From Candidatus Binatia bacterium (GTDB taxonomy: Bacteria > Desulfobacterota > Binatia > UBA9968 > CAXXLF01): a stretch of DNA of 64,000 nucleotides. The notes under the pieces were generated by a model. That model did no database searches. It was not told the DNA's origin and was given only the letters and a program-made list of their open reading frames with translations. The position numbers and the translations under genes are program-made. Shown here piece after piece: positions 11,405-21,845 of this stretch. Position 1 is the first letter of the stretch; each line of letters opens with the position of its first letter. The stretch is taken from positions 928,001 to 992,000 of the forward strand of contig CAXXLF010000001.1 in NCBI GenBank assembly GCA_963664015.2. Reading direction: 5' to 3'.

Positions 11405-11710
11405 GATTTGGAGTCTCCGTCTGGTTCGCTTATTGCGCTCGAACGAATAAGTCAGAACCGGCAGAGACTCGTGATCGAATTCCGGTGCTTTAATAAACCC
11501 TCGCTGAGTTGCCAAGAGATTGCGGCGCAGCTGAAGAAACCTATAATTTTGGTGATATTACACCAGCGATTATTTAGGCACAATTGGGAGCATGGCGGCC
11601 AAGAACGATACCGCAAATTGAAACTTAGAAAAATTTATTTAGACGCATCAGGCTGGATGACCTGATAACGAGAAGACTGATTCGTCCGGAGACTCGAGCA
11701 CTACCGATGC

Positions 11711-12100
11711 TTACTTCAAGACCGCGATGGCCTCGATTTCGATCAAGAACTCATCGCGCGCCAGCCCCTTAACTATAATCAGCGTGCTTGTAGGTGGGTC
11801 CTTAATCATGTACTGGCTTCGGACCTTGCGCTGCCCTTCCCGGTACTTTGCATCAGTAATGTAGACAGTGGTCTTGACGATGTCGTCCAGAGTTCCACCA
11901 GCCTCTTCAACGATAATCTTGATCTTTTCGAACACCTGCTTGGCCTGGGCTCCGATGTCCCCCAATCCCACCACGTTGCCGTCCTTATCCGAGGCCGTCT
12001 GACCGGCAATGAAAAGCAGTCTACCACCTTCCGTCATGATGGCTTGCGAATACCTGGGCCGGGGATCTTGCAGATTCTTGGGTTGAATGATTTTTTTCAT
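11711..12100 (-). CDS. RidA/YjgF/YER057c family protein
   Basis: YSQA, LFIAGQ, PPTSTLI, LIEIEAIA; start moved to the ATG at 12100, preceded by a GAGGAGGAGG RBS. Confidence 0.9.
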   Translation of the reverse strand: MKKIIQPKNLQDPRPRYSQAIMTEGGRLLFIAGQTASDKDGNVVGLGDIGAQAKQVFEKIKIIVEEAGGTLDDIVKTTVYITDAKYREGQRKVRSQYMIKDPPTSTLIIVKGLARDEFLIEIEAIAVLK

Positions 12101-12119
12101 TGTGGCCTCCTCCTCTGAG

Positions 12120-12794
12120 CTACCTGATCGTTTTGCGAATGCATGCCAGCCATGCATCGGGATCGAATCCGTGCGGACCCATGGCCCCCTGGTAAGCGAC
12201 GGCACCTGATTTGTCGATCAACACCAGGCGGTCAGGCAGCGCCGAGTATTTTTCCGCGGTGGCGTTGTCTATAGTATCCAGGAGAAGCGGTAGCTGGAAG
12301 TCCATCGCCTCGACAAAGGACCTGGCTACCCCGATCCGCTCATCGAAGGTCTTGGGCTGGAGAAAGCAGATACCGGCATCGACGTTATGCTGCGACACCC
12401 TTCCGTCCGTAGGGTGGGCCTCGGAAACGTAGATCCCCAGAAACGTGACTCTGTCTTTGTACTCGCTGTAAATCTCATTCAGGCGCGCGACCCGCGCCCG
12501 AAACGGCCCTCACGTGTAAGAGCCGAATGCCAAAGCGACCGGTTTACCGCGCAGAGATGACAAGCGTATGGATCTATGGCTTCCATCGCCGTTGGGCGGC
12601 AAGAACTCGAGTTCGAAGTCAGGAGCCATGGCGCCAACCGGCGCGATCCGGCTCTCTCGTTTGAGCTTCAAGGCCTGGAGACGGTCGAATTCTTCGCGGG
12701 AGATATTCCACTCCTTTAGCTTGGCTTCAATCTCCTGTTCCGAACGTGCTGGTGGGTCCTGGACTCGTGCCCCAGTTTGCGTTACCATAATCAA
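12120..12794 (-). CDS. Iodothyronine deiodinase-like thioredoxin-fold selenoprotein (UGA at 12510-12512 read as Sec)
   Basis: ORFs 12510..12794 and 12120..12398 share a frame and are separated by one TGA: KPVALAFGSYT-U-GPF...IYVSEAHPTDG...YSALPDRL. This matches deiodinase FGSCTUPPF, YIxEAHxxDGW and YxAxPERL. Confidence 0.88.
12478..12502 (-). promoter_or_regulatory. Bacterial SECIS-like hairpin
   Basis: UUCGGGCGCG-GGUCG-CGCGCCUGAA: 10-bp stem, G-initiated 5-nt loop starting 17 nt after the UGA. Confidence 0.7.
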
Positions 12795-12991
12795 CTTCCT
12801 CCGTTCTTTGACTTATCCACACCAATGCGTCCCAGATCAGGATACCCATATCACAAGGGGAACTACCGTCAAGGGACCTATTCATGGTCAGAAAGTCCCG
12901 ATACGGCTTTAGCAGGAAAGTCTTTTCTAGGGTTCAACCGTGCTACAATCATTTCAATATCAACAACGGCGGGCAAAATAATGAGGAACCT

Positions 12992-13309
12992 GTGAAATTC
13001 GTAAGACTCTATAGTGGTACGGATGGGCAGTCCCACTTCGAAGATCTGAACCCTGCTCAATTTGCCGAATTACAACCGGCCGAGGGTGTCATTTTCAGAG
13101 ATATCGCACCGGACCAAAATAGCGAATGGCACAACGCACCCCGTCGTCGGTTTCTGATTACCCTTTCCGGTTCGTTGGATGTGACCGTTGGAGACGGCAA
13201 TGCTATGAATTTTGGACCCGGTGACGTTTTCCTAGCCGATAATCTCACCGGCCAAGAACATACGATCCATCCGAAAGACAACTGGACACGAGCGATTATT
13301 GAACTCTAG
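12992..13309 (+). CDS. Small cupin-domain protein
   Basis: GTG start after GAGGA; RLYSGTDGQSHFED...WHNAPRR...GPGDVFLADNLTGQEHT cupin pattern. Confidence 0.75.
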   Translation: MKFVRLYSGTDGQSHFEDLNPAQFAELQPAEGVIFRDIAPDQNSEWHNAPRRRFLITLSGSLDVTVGDGNAMNFGPGDVFLADNLTGQEHTIHPKDNWTRAIIEL

Positions 13310-15555
13310 CAACATGGTTGAGTTCACCCATTATCCCGCTTAGATGGGTCCAGTAAGCTAACCTTTTCCCATCGGCCTCGACTGTGATCGCGCCGTCACG
13401 ATCGGTGCGGAGGGTTTTTACCCCACCCTTCTCATATCGGGCGACGACACTGGAGTTAGGTAAGCCGAACCGACTCCTCCCAGCGACGGAAAATATGGCG
13501 AGCTTCGGTTGCACCGCGGCCACAAAGGCATCGCTACTGGAGCTCTTGCTGCCGTGCCGAGGAACCTTCAAGACCTGGCTGGACAAATCTCTTTCCAAGT
13601 CGACCAGTCTCCGCTCCCCCCTTTTCTGGATATCCCCGGGGAACAAGAAGTGAAATCCTCCCATGCTCAATCGAAGGATAACCGAAGTTTCCCTCTCCTC
13701 CTCTGTGGGCGGATACAGAATGCAGAGCCGTGCGTAACCGATGGCACGGCACCTTTTTTCACGGCCTAAAATCACTCGTTTAATATTCAAATCCGAAATG
13801 GTTCTTTCCAATTCATCATACCGCAAAGAATTGGCCCGGAAATAACTCGGCCAGAATGATCCGGGTGAGAATTCCTTGAGAACGCTTTGCATCCCTCCGT
13901 AGTGATCTACCCTGGGATGGCTGACCAGGACGTAATCCAGATTTGCGATCCTCCTGGACCGAAGGAAAGGGGCGATAATCGACCTGCCCGGATCGAAACG
14001 GCCAAAGCCGCTTCCCCCGGAATCGATCAATAAGACTTTGGAGCCGGGAAACTCGACGACCGCCGCACCTCCTTGCCCCACGCTAAGGTAGGTGATGCGA
14101 AGATCTTGTCGACTCCACCTCTCCCGCCACCAGTAGGCACCGTCCAACACAACTGCAGTCAGCACGCAGGTCAGGAGCAGATAGAGTTGTCTTCGCTGCC
14201 GCAATACCAGGAGACCGCAGAAGGCGAGATAGACAAGTCCCAACTCGATTAGCCCCGGCGGCGGCACCCGAATGCTTCCCATGGGCATCTCGGCAAAGAA
14301 ATCAACCAGGAACAATGTCAATTACAAAAGCGGTTTGACGAGCCAGACCAGGGGGAGTGCGAGGACTGTCGCAAATAAACTAAGGAAGCCGAGGAGAAGC
14401 CCTAACGGGACCAAAAGAAACCCCACCAGGGGCACCAGGACCGGATTGGCCAGGAATCCTGCCAGAGACAACCGGCCATACCAGGCCAACGATCAAAGCG
14501 GCAAGAGCGAGGCTTGAGTAGAACTCCTCCTCCCTATCCAGCAGCACTGCCAACCCATAGACAGCCACCATGATCGTGGCACGGATGGTCGGTATCCTCC
14601 CCCCCCCCGACAGACCCGTATAGAACAGAACCGCCAGGAACGAGAACACGGTGGCAACCTTTCACAGGTTCCATCGCAGCATCAGGGTGGTACTGAACGA
14701 GCCCAGGGTGCGCGCCATAAGAAAGGCGGCCAGGCCCAGCATGCCCACGTGAAGCCCAGAGATCGACAGGAGGTGGGCCACGCCAGAATTGGTAAACCGC
14801 TCGCGGTCTTCCCTGGGAAGGCCCTCCCGGTCACCTATCACAAGGGTCTTCAACACCGCACCCTCACGGCCGGGGAGATAAGCGTCGACACTGCGCAGGA
14901 TCTGTAACCAAAACCACAGTCCACCGGCTTCTCGATGAAGCAACTCCACTGAAGCATCGGTCTCGAGGAATCCAGTCAGGTAGATTCCCCGCCGGGCCAA
15001 ATAGGCCTGATAATCGAATCCCCCTGGGTTAGCGGCTGGACGTGGGGGCCTAACCCGCACACGGAAAAGCACCCGGTCTCCGTAAAACCAATCCTGTTGG
15101 CTCGCCCTAACAGTTACGAGCACCTTACTGGTCGTCTCCTCGGCACCCAGCGGACGCCAGATTCGTCCCACTCGCAGATACCACCGGCTCCGATTCGGAA
15201 GCCGCTCCGGCTCACGGTAAAAAACACCTTCCACATAGAGGGGCTTGCTCCCGTCCGTTAGCTGGGTCAGGTGCTGCTCTGGGGAATCAGGCCGGAGCAA
15301 GCCCGCATGCATGGAGAAGCCAATCCAGAAGGTCACACTAGAAAATAGTATGAGCAGGGACAAGCGCCGCTGGCGCCGCCAGCCTTGAAGGCCGGCGTAA
15401 ACGAGTACCGGGATCACGATAAGAAATATCCAAAGGTGGTGAAGAGAAAAGAGTGCCTGGCCCAGAAGCAGGGACAGCGTGGGGACAACCAGTAGGGCCG
15501 CTGGGTATCTTTGCAGAAAGTCCTTCCCAGTAGAACCGTGGGGAGGTGGGTCCAT
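13296..15555 (-). pseudogene. comEC: ComEC/Rec2 competence channel, disrupted
   Basis: NPGGFDY, SGVAHLLSISGLHVG, RATIM, ANPVLVP and C-terminal MBL motifs are split by an in-frame TGA (14662-14664), a frameshift with apparent deletion near 14470, and an in-frame TAA (14322-14324). Confidence 0.88.
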
Positions 15556-15559
15556 GGCT

Positions 15560-17413
15560 TCAGTCGCTTTCCGAGTCCGATCTCAAAGAGTCGAGAATTT
15601 CCCGAGCCGTCTTGTCGTTGATCGATGGGACCTTGAGAAGATCTTCCATCGTAGCCTCTTCGATTCGCTTGGTGCTGCCCAGGGTCCGCAGCAGTGCCCG
15701 CTTGCGCACCCCTCCTATGCCCGGTATCCGGTCCAGAACCGACTCCAGGATTTGTTTGGATCTCAGTTTCTTATGGTGCGTAATGGCAAACCTGTGTGCC
15801 TCGTCACGGACTCGCTGCAACAGGAATAAGACGTTGGAGTTGCGGTTCAGGACGATGGGGTTGGACTGGCCAGGCCGAAAGACCCTCTCCTCGATGCGTT
15901 GGATCTCCGGGCTTCTAGGTGCGGCTTGAACCCGCATCTTTGCCAGTGCTACTACGTCCACCTCCTTCACTCCCAGATCCGCCATTGCTGTGAGGGCCAT
16001 TCCAAGTTGTCCTCTGCCCCCATCGACGACTACCAGATCCGGTAGATCGCCATGTTCCATCCCCCTGCGAAAGCGGCGTTCCAGCACCTCGTGCATCATG
16101 GCGAAGTCATCGCCGCCAGTGACCGACTGGGGCGTACGAATCCGATAATGCCGGTAGCGTTTCTTGTCTGGCTCGCCGTCAAAGAACGTGACCTGAGAAC
16201 CCACGGCCTGTTTGCCCGAAATGTTGGACATATCATAGCACTCGATCCTCTGGGGATAGTTTTTGAGGCGTAGCTTGCGTTGCAGCTCGACCAGCATCTT
16301 TTCCCGTTCTTTCTCCTGATTGTGCCTTTCGAAAAAGCTCTGACGGGCGTTCTGTACGGCCATCTCGACCAGCTGCCTTCGGTCTCCCCGCCGGGGGTGC
16401 AGGAAAACAACACGCTTGCCCCTCCGCTCGCTGAGATAATCTTCCCGCACCGCTTTATCACTCAAACCGACCGGTAGCAGGACCTCATCGGGGACAAAAC
16501 GCTCCCCCTGATAGAACTGGGTCAGTAGGGACTCCATCACGTCCTCGTCGGAGAATTCCAGATCCTCAAAGAAATAGGCCTGGTTTCCCGTAAGCTTTCC
16601 CTGCCGGACAAACAGGACCTGGACCTCGATAAACCCACCCTCCCGGTAAAGCCCCAAGATGTCCTGGTCTGCCCCCCAATGGGAGACCATGTGCTGCTTT
16701 TCCAGGGTCTTTTCCACCGCCTGGATCTGGTCCCGGATTTTGGCCGCCGCCTCGAATTCCAGGGTCTCCGCCTTCCCTTCCATCTTCCCCTTTAGTTCAT
16801 CGAGCAAGACGTCACTCTTCCCTTCGATGAAGAGCATGGCCTGCTTGAGGTGTTCTTCATACTCATCCCGGTTCACGGGCAAGATACAGGGGGCAAGGCA
16901 ACGCCGAATCTGATACTGAAGACACGGCCGGGCTCGGTTCTTGAAGTTATGGTCCGTACAGGTACGCAGCAAAAAGTGCTTTTCGATAATATCGATGGTT
17001 TCCCGCGCGGCAAAGGCCGAGGAATAAGGCCCGAAATAACGGCTTCCGTCCTTAACAATCTTACGGGTCGCCAGGATTCTGGGCCAGGAATGGGGCATGG
17101 TCACTTTGATACTGATATAGCTCTTGTCGTCCTTCAGGCGAATGTTGTAGCGCGGCTTGTACTGTTTGATCAGATTGTTTTCAAGGATCAGTGCCTCTTT
17201 CTCATTAGCGGTGACCAGGGTCTCCAGGTCCCCCACCCGCCGCATGAGGAAATCGATCTGCAAACGCCCGTCTCCACCTCGAAAGTAGCCACGCACGCGG
17301 CTTCTAAGCCCCTTGGCCTTACCTACGTAAATCACCTTACCGCCCTTGTCCTTCAGGAGGTAGACGCCGGGCTTGGACGGCAGGCTATCGAGTTTTTCCT
17401 CAATGGTAGGCAC
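15560..17413 (-). CDS. uvrC: Excinuclease ABC subunit C
   Basis: GIY-YIG (PGVYL...IYVGKAK), RIECYDMS, DGGRGQ, RDEAHRFA, HhH tail. Confidence 0.97.
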   Translation of the reverse strand: MPTIEEKLDSLPSKPGVYLLKDKGGKVIYVGKAKGLRSRVRGYFRGGDGRLQIDFLMRRVGDLETLVTANEKEALILENNLIKQYKPRYNIRLKDDKSYISIKVTMPHSWPRILATRKIVKDGSRYFGPYSSAFAARETIDIIEKHFLLRTCTDHNFKNRARPCLQYQIRRCLAPCILPVNRDEYEEHLKQAMLFIEGKSDVLLDELKGKMEGKAETLEFEAAAKIRDQIQAVEKTLEKQHMVSHWGADQDILGLYREGGFIEVQVLFVRQGKLTGNQAYFFEDLEFSDEDVMESLLTQFYQGERFVPDEVLLPVGLSDKAVREDYLSERRGKRVVFLHPRRGDRRQLVEMAVQNARQSFFERHNQEKEREKMLVELQRKLRLKNYPQRIECYDMSNISGKQAVGSQVTFFDGEPDKKRYRHYRIRTPQSVTGGDDFAMMHEVLERRFRRGMEHGDLPDLVVVDGGRGQLGMALTAMADLGVKEVDVVALAKMRVQAAPRSPEIQRIEERVFRPGQSNPIVLNRNSNVLFLLQRVRDEAHRFAITHHKKLRSKQILESVLDRIPGIGGVRKRALLRTLGSTKRIEEATMEDLLKVPSINDKTAREILDSLRSDSESD

Positions 17414-17428
17414 GACTGATCGCCGAGA

Positions 17429-19471
17429 TTATCCCTCGGACCCTCGCGCGGTAAGCGGATCGGCCAAACCGATCTCACGCTCTTGCAGCTTCTGAATCTT
17501 ATCCCGAATTTCCGCAGCTTTTTCAAAATCCAGACTGGCGGCGGCCCGCTTCATCTCCTTTTTGAGACGGTCAACCATGCGGGGGATATCCTCGACGGGA
17601 AGGTGATTCTCGCCCTTTTCTGCGGCCACCGGGACCGTGATATAATCGGCCTCGTAGATCTGAACCAGCGGGCTTCCTAGGGACTTGACCACCGTTTTCG
17701 GGGTGATCTTGTGCTCCTTGTTGAAGGCCGCTTGACGCTGGCGACGACCGTTGGTCACGTCGATGGCCTGTTTCATCGACTTGGTCATAGAATCCGCATA
17801 GAGAATCACGGTACCATTGACGTGGCGAGACGCGCGACCGATGGTCTGGACCAGCGACCGTTCCGAACGCAGAAAGCCCTCCTTGTCCGCATCCAAAATC
17901 GCCACGAATGACACCTCCGGCAAATCCAAACCCTCTCGCAAGAGGTTGATACCGATCAATACATCGAAGACACCCTTTCTCAGGTCGCGAAGGATCTCGA
18001 CTCGCTCGAGAGTCTCGATATCCGAGTGGAGATAGCGCACCTTCACGTTCAGGTCCTGATAGTAGTCGGTCAGATCCTCGGCCATGCGTTTGGTGAGCGT
18101 GGTGACCAGAACCCGCTCGTTTTTTTCCGTCCGCTTGCGGATCTCCTCCAGGAGATTGTCCACCTGGGTCCGGGCCGGGCGGACCGTCACCTCCGGGTCC
18201 ATGAGCCCCGTAGGACGAATGACCTGCTCCACAACGACCCCGTGGCTCATCTCTATCTCGTACTGTGTCGGGGTAGCGGAGACGTAGACTACCTGTTTCA
18301 CCAGCGTGTCGAACTCTTCAAAGTTGAGCGGCCGGTTGTCCAGAGCGGATGGGAGCCGGAACCCGAATTCCACCAGGGTTCCCTTTCGCGAACGGTCGCC
18401 CCGGTACATCCCGCCAATCTGCGGCACCGTCACGTGGCTCTCGTCAATAAATAAAAGGAAATCATCGGGGAAGTAGTTCAGAAGCGTCGGTGGCGGTTCC
18501 CCTGGCTTGCGGCCGGTAAGATGACGCGAGTAGTTCTCGATCCCCGGGCAGAACCCCATCTCCGCCAGCAACTCCAGATCGTAGCGAGTCCGCTGCTCCA
18601 ATCTCTGAGCTTCCAGGAGTTTCTCCTCGGCCAGGAGCTCTTCCAGCCGCTCCTTTAATTCCACTTTGATTGCCGCAACTGCCTTCTTGACACGACCATC
18701 GCTGGTCACGTAGTGGCTCGCAGGATAGATAGCAAACTTATCGACCCGCCGCTGGACACTGCCGCGAATCGGATCAAATTCAACGAGGGACTCGATCCTG
18801 TCATCGAAAAATTCGATGCGGACCGAGGACCTATCCTCGTACGCGGGGAAGATCTCCACCATATCGCCGCGAACCCGGAATGTGCCGCGATGGAAGTCGT
18901 AGTCGTTGCGCTGGTACTGGATATCCACCAGTTTTCTGAGCACCTGGTCTCGGTCTATCCGCATCCCCACCTCCAGGTACACCATCATCTCGAAATAGTC
19001 CTCGGGAGAGCCGAGGCCATAGATGCAGGAAACGCTGGCGACGATCAATACGTCCTGCCGCTCGAGCAACGCCATGGTCGCCGCGTGGCGCAGCTTATCG
19101 ATTTCGTCGTTGATGGAGGCGTCCTTCTCGATGAAGGTGTCGGTGGAGGGGACGTAGGCCTCCGGTTGGTAGTAGTCGTAGTAACTGACGAAGTAACGCA
19201 CCGCGTTGTGCGGGAACAGTTCCTTGAACTCGTTATAGAGCTGAGCGGCCAGCGTCTTATTAGGCGCGATGACCAGGGCCGGCTTGTTCACCTTGGCAAC
19301 GACGTTGGCCATGGTAAAGGTTTTGCCCGACCCCGTAACCCCTAACAACACTTGACGGGGCAGCCCCTTTTTAGTCCCCTGGACCAGTTTTTCGATGGCC
19401 TGCGGCTGATCCCCCTTGGGCTTGAATCCGGTGACCAGGCGAAACTGCCCCTCTCTTCTCTGTCGTTCCAT
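17429..19471 (-). CDS. uvrB: Excinuclease ABC subunit B
   Basis: [35 protein letters not shown] domain. Confidence 0.98.
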   Translation of the reverse strand: MERQRREGQFRLVTGFKPKGDQPQAIEKLVQGTKKGLPRQVLLGVTGSGKTFTMANVVAKVNKPALVIAPNKTLAAQLYNEFKELFPHNAVRYFVSYYDYYQPEAYVPSTDTFIEKDASINDEIDKLRHAATMALLERQDVLIVASVSCIYGLGSPEDYFEMMVYLEVGMRIDRDQVLRKLVDIQYQRNDYDFHRGTFRVRGDMVEIFPAYEDRSSVRIEFFDDRIESLVEFDPIRGSVQRRVDKFAIYPASHYVTSDGRVKKAVAAIKVELKERLEELLAEEKLLEAQRLEQRTRYDLELLAEMGFCPGIENYSRHLTGRKPGEPPPTLLNYFPDDFLLFIDESHVTVPQIGGMYRGDRSRKGTLVEFGFRLPSALDNRPLNFEEFDTLVKQVVYVSATPTQYEIEMSHGVVVEQVIRPTGLMDPEVTVRPARTQVDNLLEEIRKRTEKNERVLVTTLTKRMAEDLTDYYQDLNVKVRYLHSDIETLERVEILRDLRKGVFDVLIGINLLREGLDLPEVSFVAILDADKEGFLRSERSLVQTIGRASRHVNGTVILYADSMTKSMKQAIDVTNGRRQRQAAFNKEHKITPKTVVKSLGSPLVQIYEADYITVPVAAEKGENHLPVEDIPRMVDRLKKEMKRAAASLDFEKAAEIRDKIQKLQEREIGLADPLTARGSEG

Positions 19472-19578
19472 TAAAAAAAACTATCAGGGAAGCCGAGACC
19501 GAGCAACCGGTAATTTTTCTAGGGCTATGATCAGGGAGGGCCGTATCGTCCCGAATCGGACTATTAGGACTATTCGCA

Positions 19579-20274
19579 CTATTTAATTGTTCCCATCTGA
19601 ATCGTCTGAACAACCGATGGCAGTTCGCTAATGTTATGGATAATTCGATCAGCGCCCGCCTCTACTAACTTTTCTTGCTTGGCAAGCCCCGATACAACCC
19701 CGACGGTGTAAATGGAAAGCGGTTTGGCAGAGAGAATATCATCTGGGCTATCGCCGATTAGCATCGTTTCTTCCGCCTTCCATCCCAGCGAGTTGAGACA
19801 GGCCCGGTTCTGATCGGGCGAGGGTTTCAAACGGCAGGAAGCGTCGCGCCCGAAGATTCCTTTGAAAAAGCCACTTAACTTCAAACGCGCCAGTATGCGT
19901 TCGATCGCGTTACTACCGTTTGAGCTGACAATGGCGCATTGATAGTCGTTGGAATGCAGCCATGAGAGAACCTTTGCGGTGCCGTCCACAGGCGTGGTTT
20001 TTTCCATGCCGAGAAACTCGCGGGTCTCGAGAGAGCTGAACACTCGTCCCTGCACGTGACAAACCCGATCCGGCGGGAAGACCTCCACCATGTAGTCATA
20101 GACCGTCCGCATCAGTTTGAACCCCAGCCCCTTGGCCTGCTCCACGATGGCCGGAGGAATCCCCTCTTCGAGATAAATGCTTTCAATGTCCAGGACAGCC
20201 TGACGCCAGTCTACGTGGGGTCCAAGCCTGACCAGCGTATGGTCAAAATCAAAGATGATCTTGCTGAAGGCCAT
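19579..20274 (-). CDS. HAD family hydrolase (phosphoglycolate phosphatase-like)
   Basis: DFDHTL motif I, VSSN, KPSP, IGDSPDD. Confidence 0.88.
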   Translation of the reverse strand: MAFSKIIFDFDHTLVRLGPHVDWRQAVLDIESIYLEEGIPPAIVEQAKGLGFKLMRTVYDYMVEVFPPDRVCHVQGRVFSSLETREFLGMEKTTPVDGTAKVLSWLHSNDYQCAIVSSNGSNAIERILARLKLSGFFKGIFGRDASCRLKPSPDQNRACLNSLGWKAEETMLIGDSPDDILSAKPLSIYTVGVVSGLAKQEKLVEAGADRIIHNISELPSVVQTIQMGTIK

Positions 20275-20291
20275 AGTGATTGCAAGCTTTC

Positions 20292-21635
20292 TTACATGTA
20301 GGGTTTGAGGAGAAGGCTGACTTTGCCACGTACGGCCTCGGAAACCCCGACACGGCGAAAGAGCACCGCGTCATCGGCAATGGCCGTGGCATCGATTCCC
20401 ACACGGGCAACCGGCTCTCCCGGCCTGACCGAAGGATCGATCCCCATTCCGCGACCGCCCCGCTCGATCCAGAGTCCCTGGTCTGCACGCATCCGGGTCG
20501 ACAGGGCCCACAGAAGATCCGAACCGCCCTCCAGGGGAACATCTGCGTCAACCACAATGACGTTCTTGGCTACGGGCATGCTCTCCCAGATAGCCTGAAT
20601 CAGTGCCTTTACGTCCGTGTGGGTTGTGGGTTCCACAGCTGCCAGGACGGTCAAGCCCAGGCTGCGCGGCGGAATATGGATGCGAACCAGTGACGGGAAC
20701 CTCTGTTTAAGACGGGGTAGATTTTCTGCTTCCCATAGGAATTCTGACAGAGTGGAATCTTCCCCGCTGAAAGGAACCAGGGCGTGGTAGATCGCATCCT
20801 TTCGATGCATCACCGATTTAATCCGTCCTACCGGACACTCGAAGCCCAGATAGTACCCGGAAGACTCGCCGAAGGGGCCTTCGCTTTCTCGTATTTTCGG
20901 AAGGATCTCGCCCTCCAGAACAAACTCGGCGTGTGCTGGAACCTCAATGTCCGATTGCAAACAGCGAACCATCTCAATAGGCCGTGAGGCCAGTCCTCCA
21001 CCCATGGCAAACTTTTCACCATCAGGTGCTCGAATCACCGAGGCGAGTAGAGTCAAGGGATCGCAACCGATGACGAAGGCTATGGGCAACGGTTGATTGC
21101 GAGCTTCCGCGTTTCGGAGGAACGAAGCGATGGGTGGGTTGTTGAGCAGGATCCCTATCCTGTCGCCGCCTTTAATTTGGACACGGTGGATGCCGCAGCT
21201 CAGCGTCCCCGTCTCCGGATCGCGCGCAACGGCAATGGCACTGGTGAGATAGGGGCTCACGTCACCCTCGTGGTGAGTCAAGACCGGTACGAGCTTCGGC
21301 ACATCGATGTCCTTGCCGTGAACGACCTCCTTGACCGGACCATCGCTTAATAATTTGGGCGGGATGAGCTGCTTGCGCCGTGCCCCATAAAGGGCAAGGA
21401 GATCCTGAGGGTTTCCGAAGGCCAGCTCCACTCTCCGGCGGTGGCCGAGAAGGCCTCCCACCAGGGAAAAGGCGGAACCCTTTACATGGGGCAAAAGGGT
21501 GGCCTTGCCAGTGCTCTCTTCTACCAAACGTATGGCCGCTGCGGCCTCTTCCTTAGGGGAAAGCTCGACAGGGACATCCAAAATATCGTCGGTTTTCTTC
21601 AGGCGGTCAATAAACTCTCTAAGGTCGCGAAACAT
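20292..21635 (-). CDS. UbiD family (prFMN-dependent) decarboxylase #1
   Basis: DLREFIDRL, GIHRVQ, EGPFGE, DPS..GIDAT; start set at the ATG at 21635 after GGAGG. Confidence 0.9.
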   Translation of the reverse strand: MFRDLREFIDRLKKTDDILDVPVELSPKEEAAAAIRLVEESTGKATLLPHVKGSAFSLVGGLLGHRRRVELAFGNPQDLLALYGARRKQLIPPKLLSDGPVKEVVHGKDIDVPKLVPVLTHHEGDVSPYLTSAIAVARDPETGTLSCGIHRVQIKGGDRIGILLNNPPIASFLRNAEARNQPLPIAFVIGCDPLTLLASVIRAPDGEKFAMGGGLASRPIEMVRCLQSDIEVPAHAEFVLEGEILPKIRESEGPFGESSGYYLGFECPVGRIKSVMHRKDAIYHALVPFSGEDSTLSEFLWEAENLPRLKQRFPSLVRIHIPPRSLGLTVLAAVEPTTHTDVKALIQAIWESMPVAKNVIVVDADVPLEGGSDLLWALSTRMRADQGLWIERGGRGMGIDPSVRPGEPVARVGIDATAIADDAVLFRRVGVSEAVRGKVSLLLKPYM

Positions 21636-21845
21636 GGCATGCCTCCATGGCCCTCGGTGAGGATAGCAGGTGAATGGTTGCAACAGTAATCTTACGGACC
21701 CAATACTCTGGAGTTACCGGGCAGTCAAGCAACTGAATTCGGAACACAGCGGTTTGCTCAGGGTCCCCTTGCCCTTTGAGGACAATACGACAAAGCGTCG
21801 CTGGATGGGCAATTCGGTTCGGTTATTAAACCCGCCGGACAAGAG

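Noticed and set aside
11408-11665. 85-aa ORF in the AT-rich patch
   Set aside because: TTG start, no motif, atypical composition; probably non-coding or decayed sequence.
14599-14608. G10 tract (minus strand) in comEC as a phase-variation switch
   Set aside because: The tract is currently in frame, and changing its length cannot repair the other three lesions.
14662-14664. In-frame TGA in comEC as possible selenocysteine
   Set aside because: Not in a redox motif, no obvious downstream hairpin, and the gene has a further TAA and a frameshift, so it is ordinary decay.
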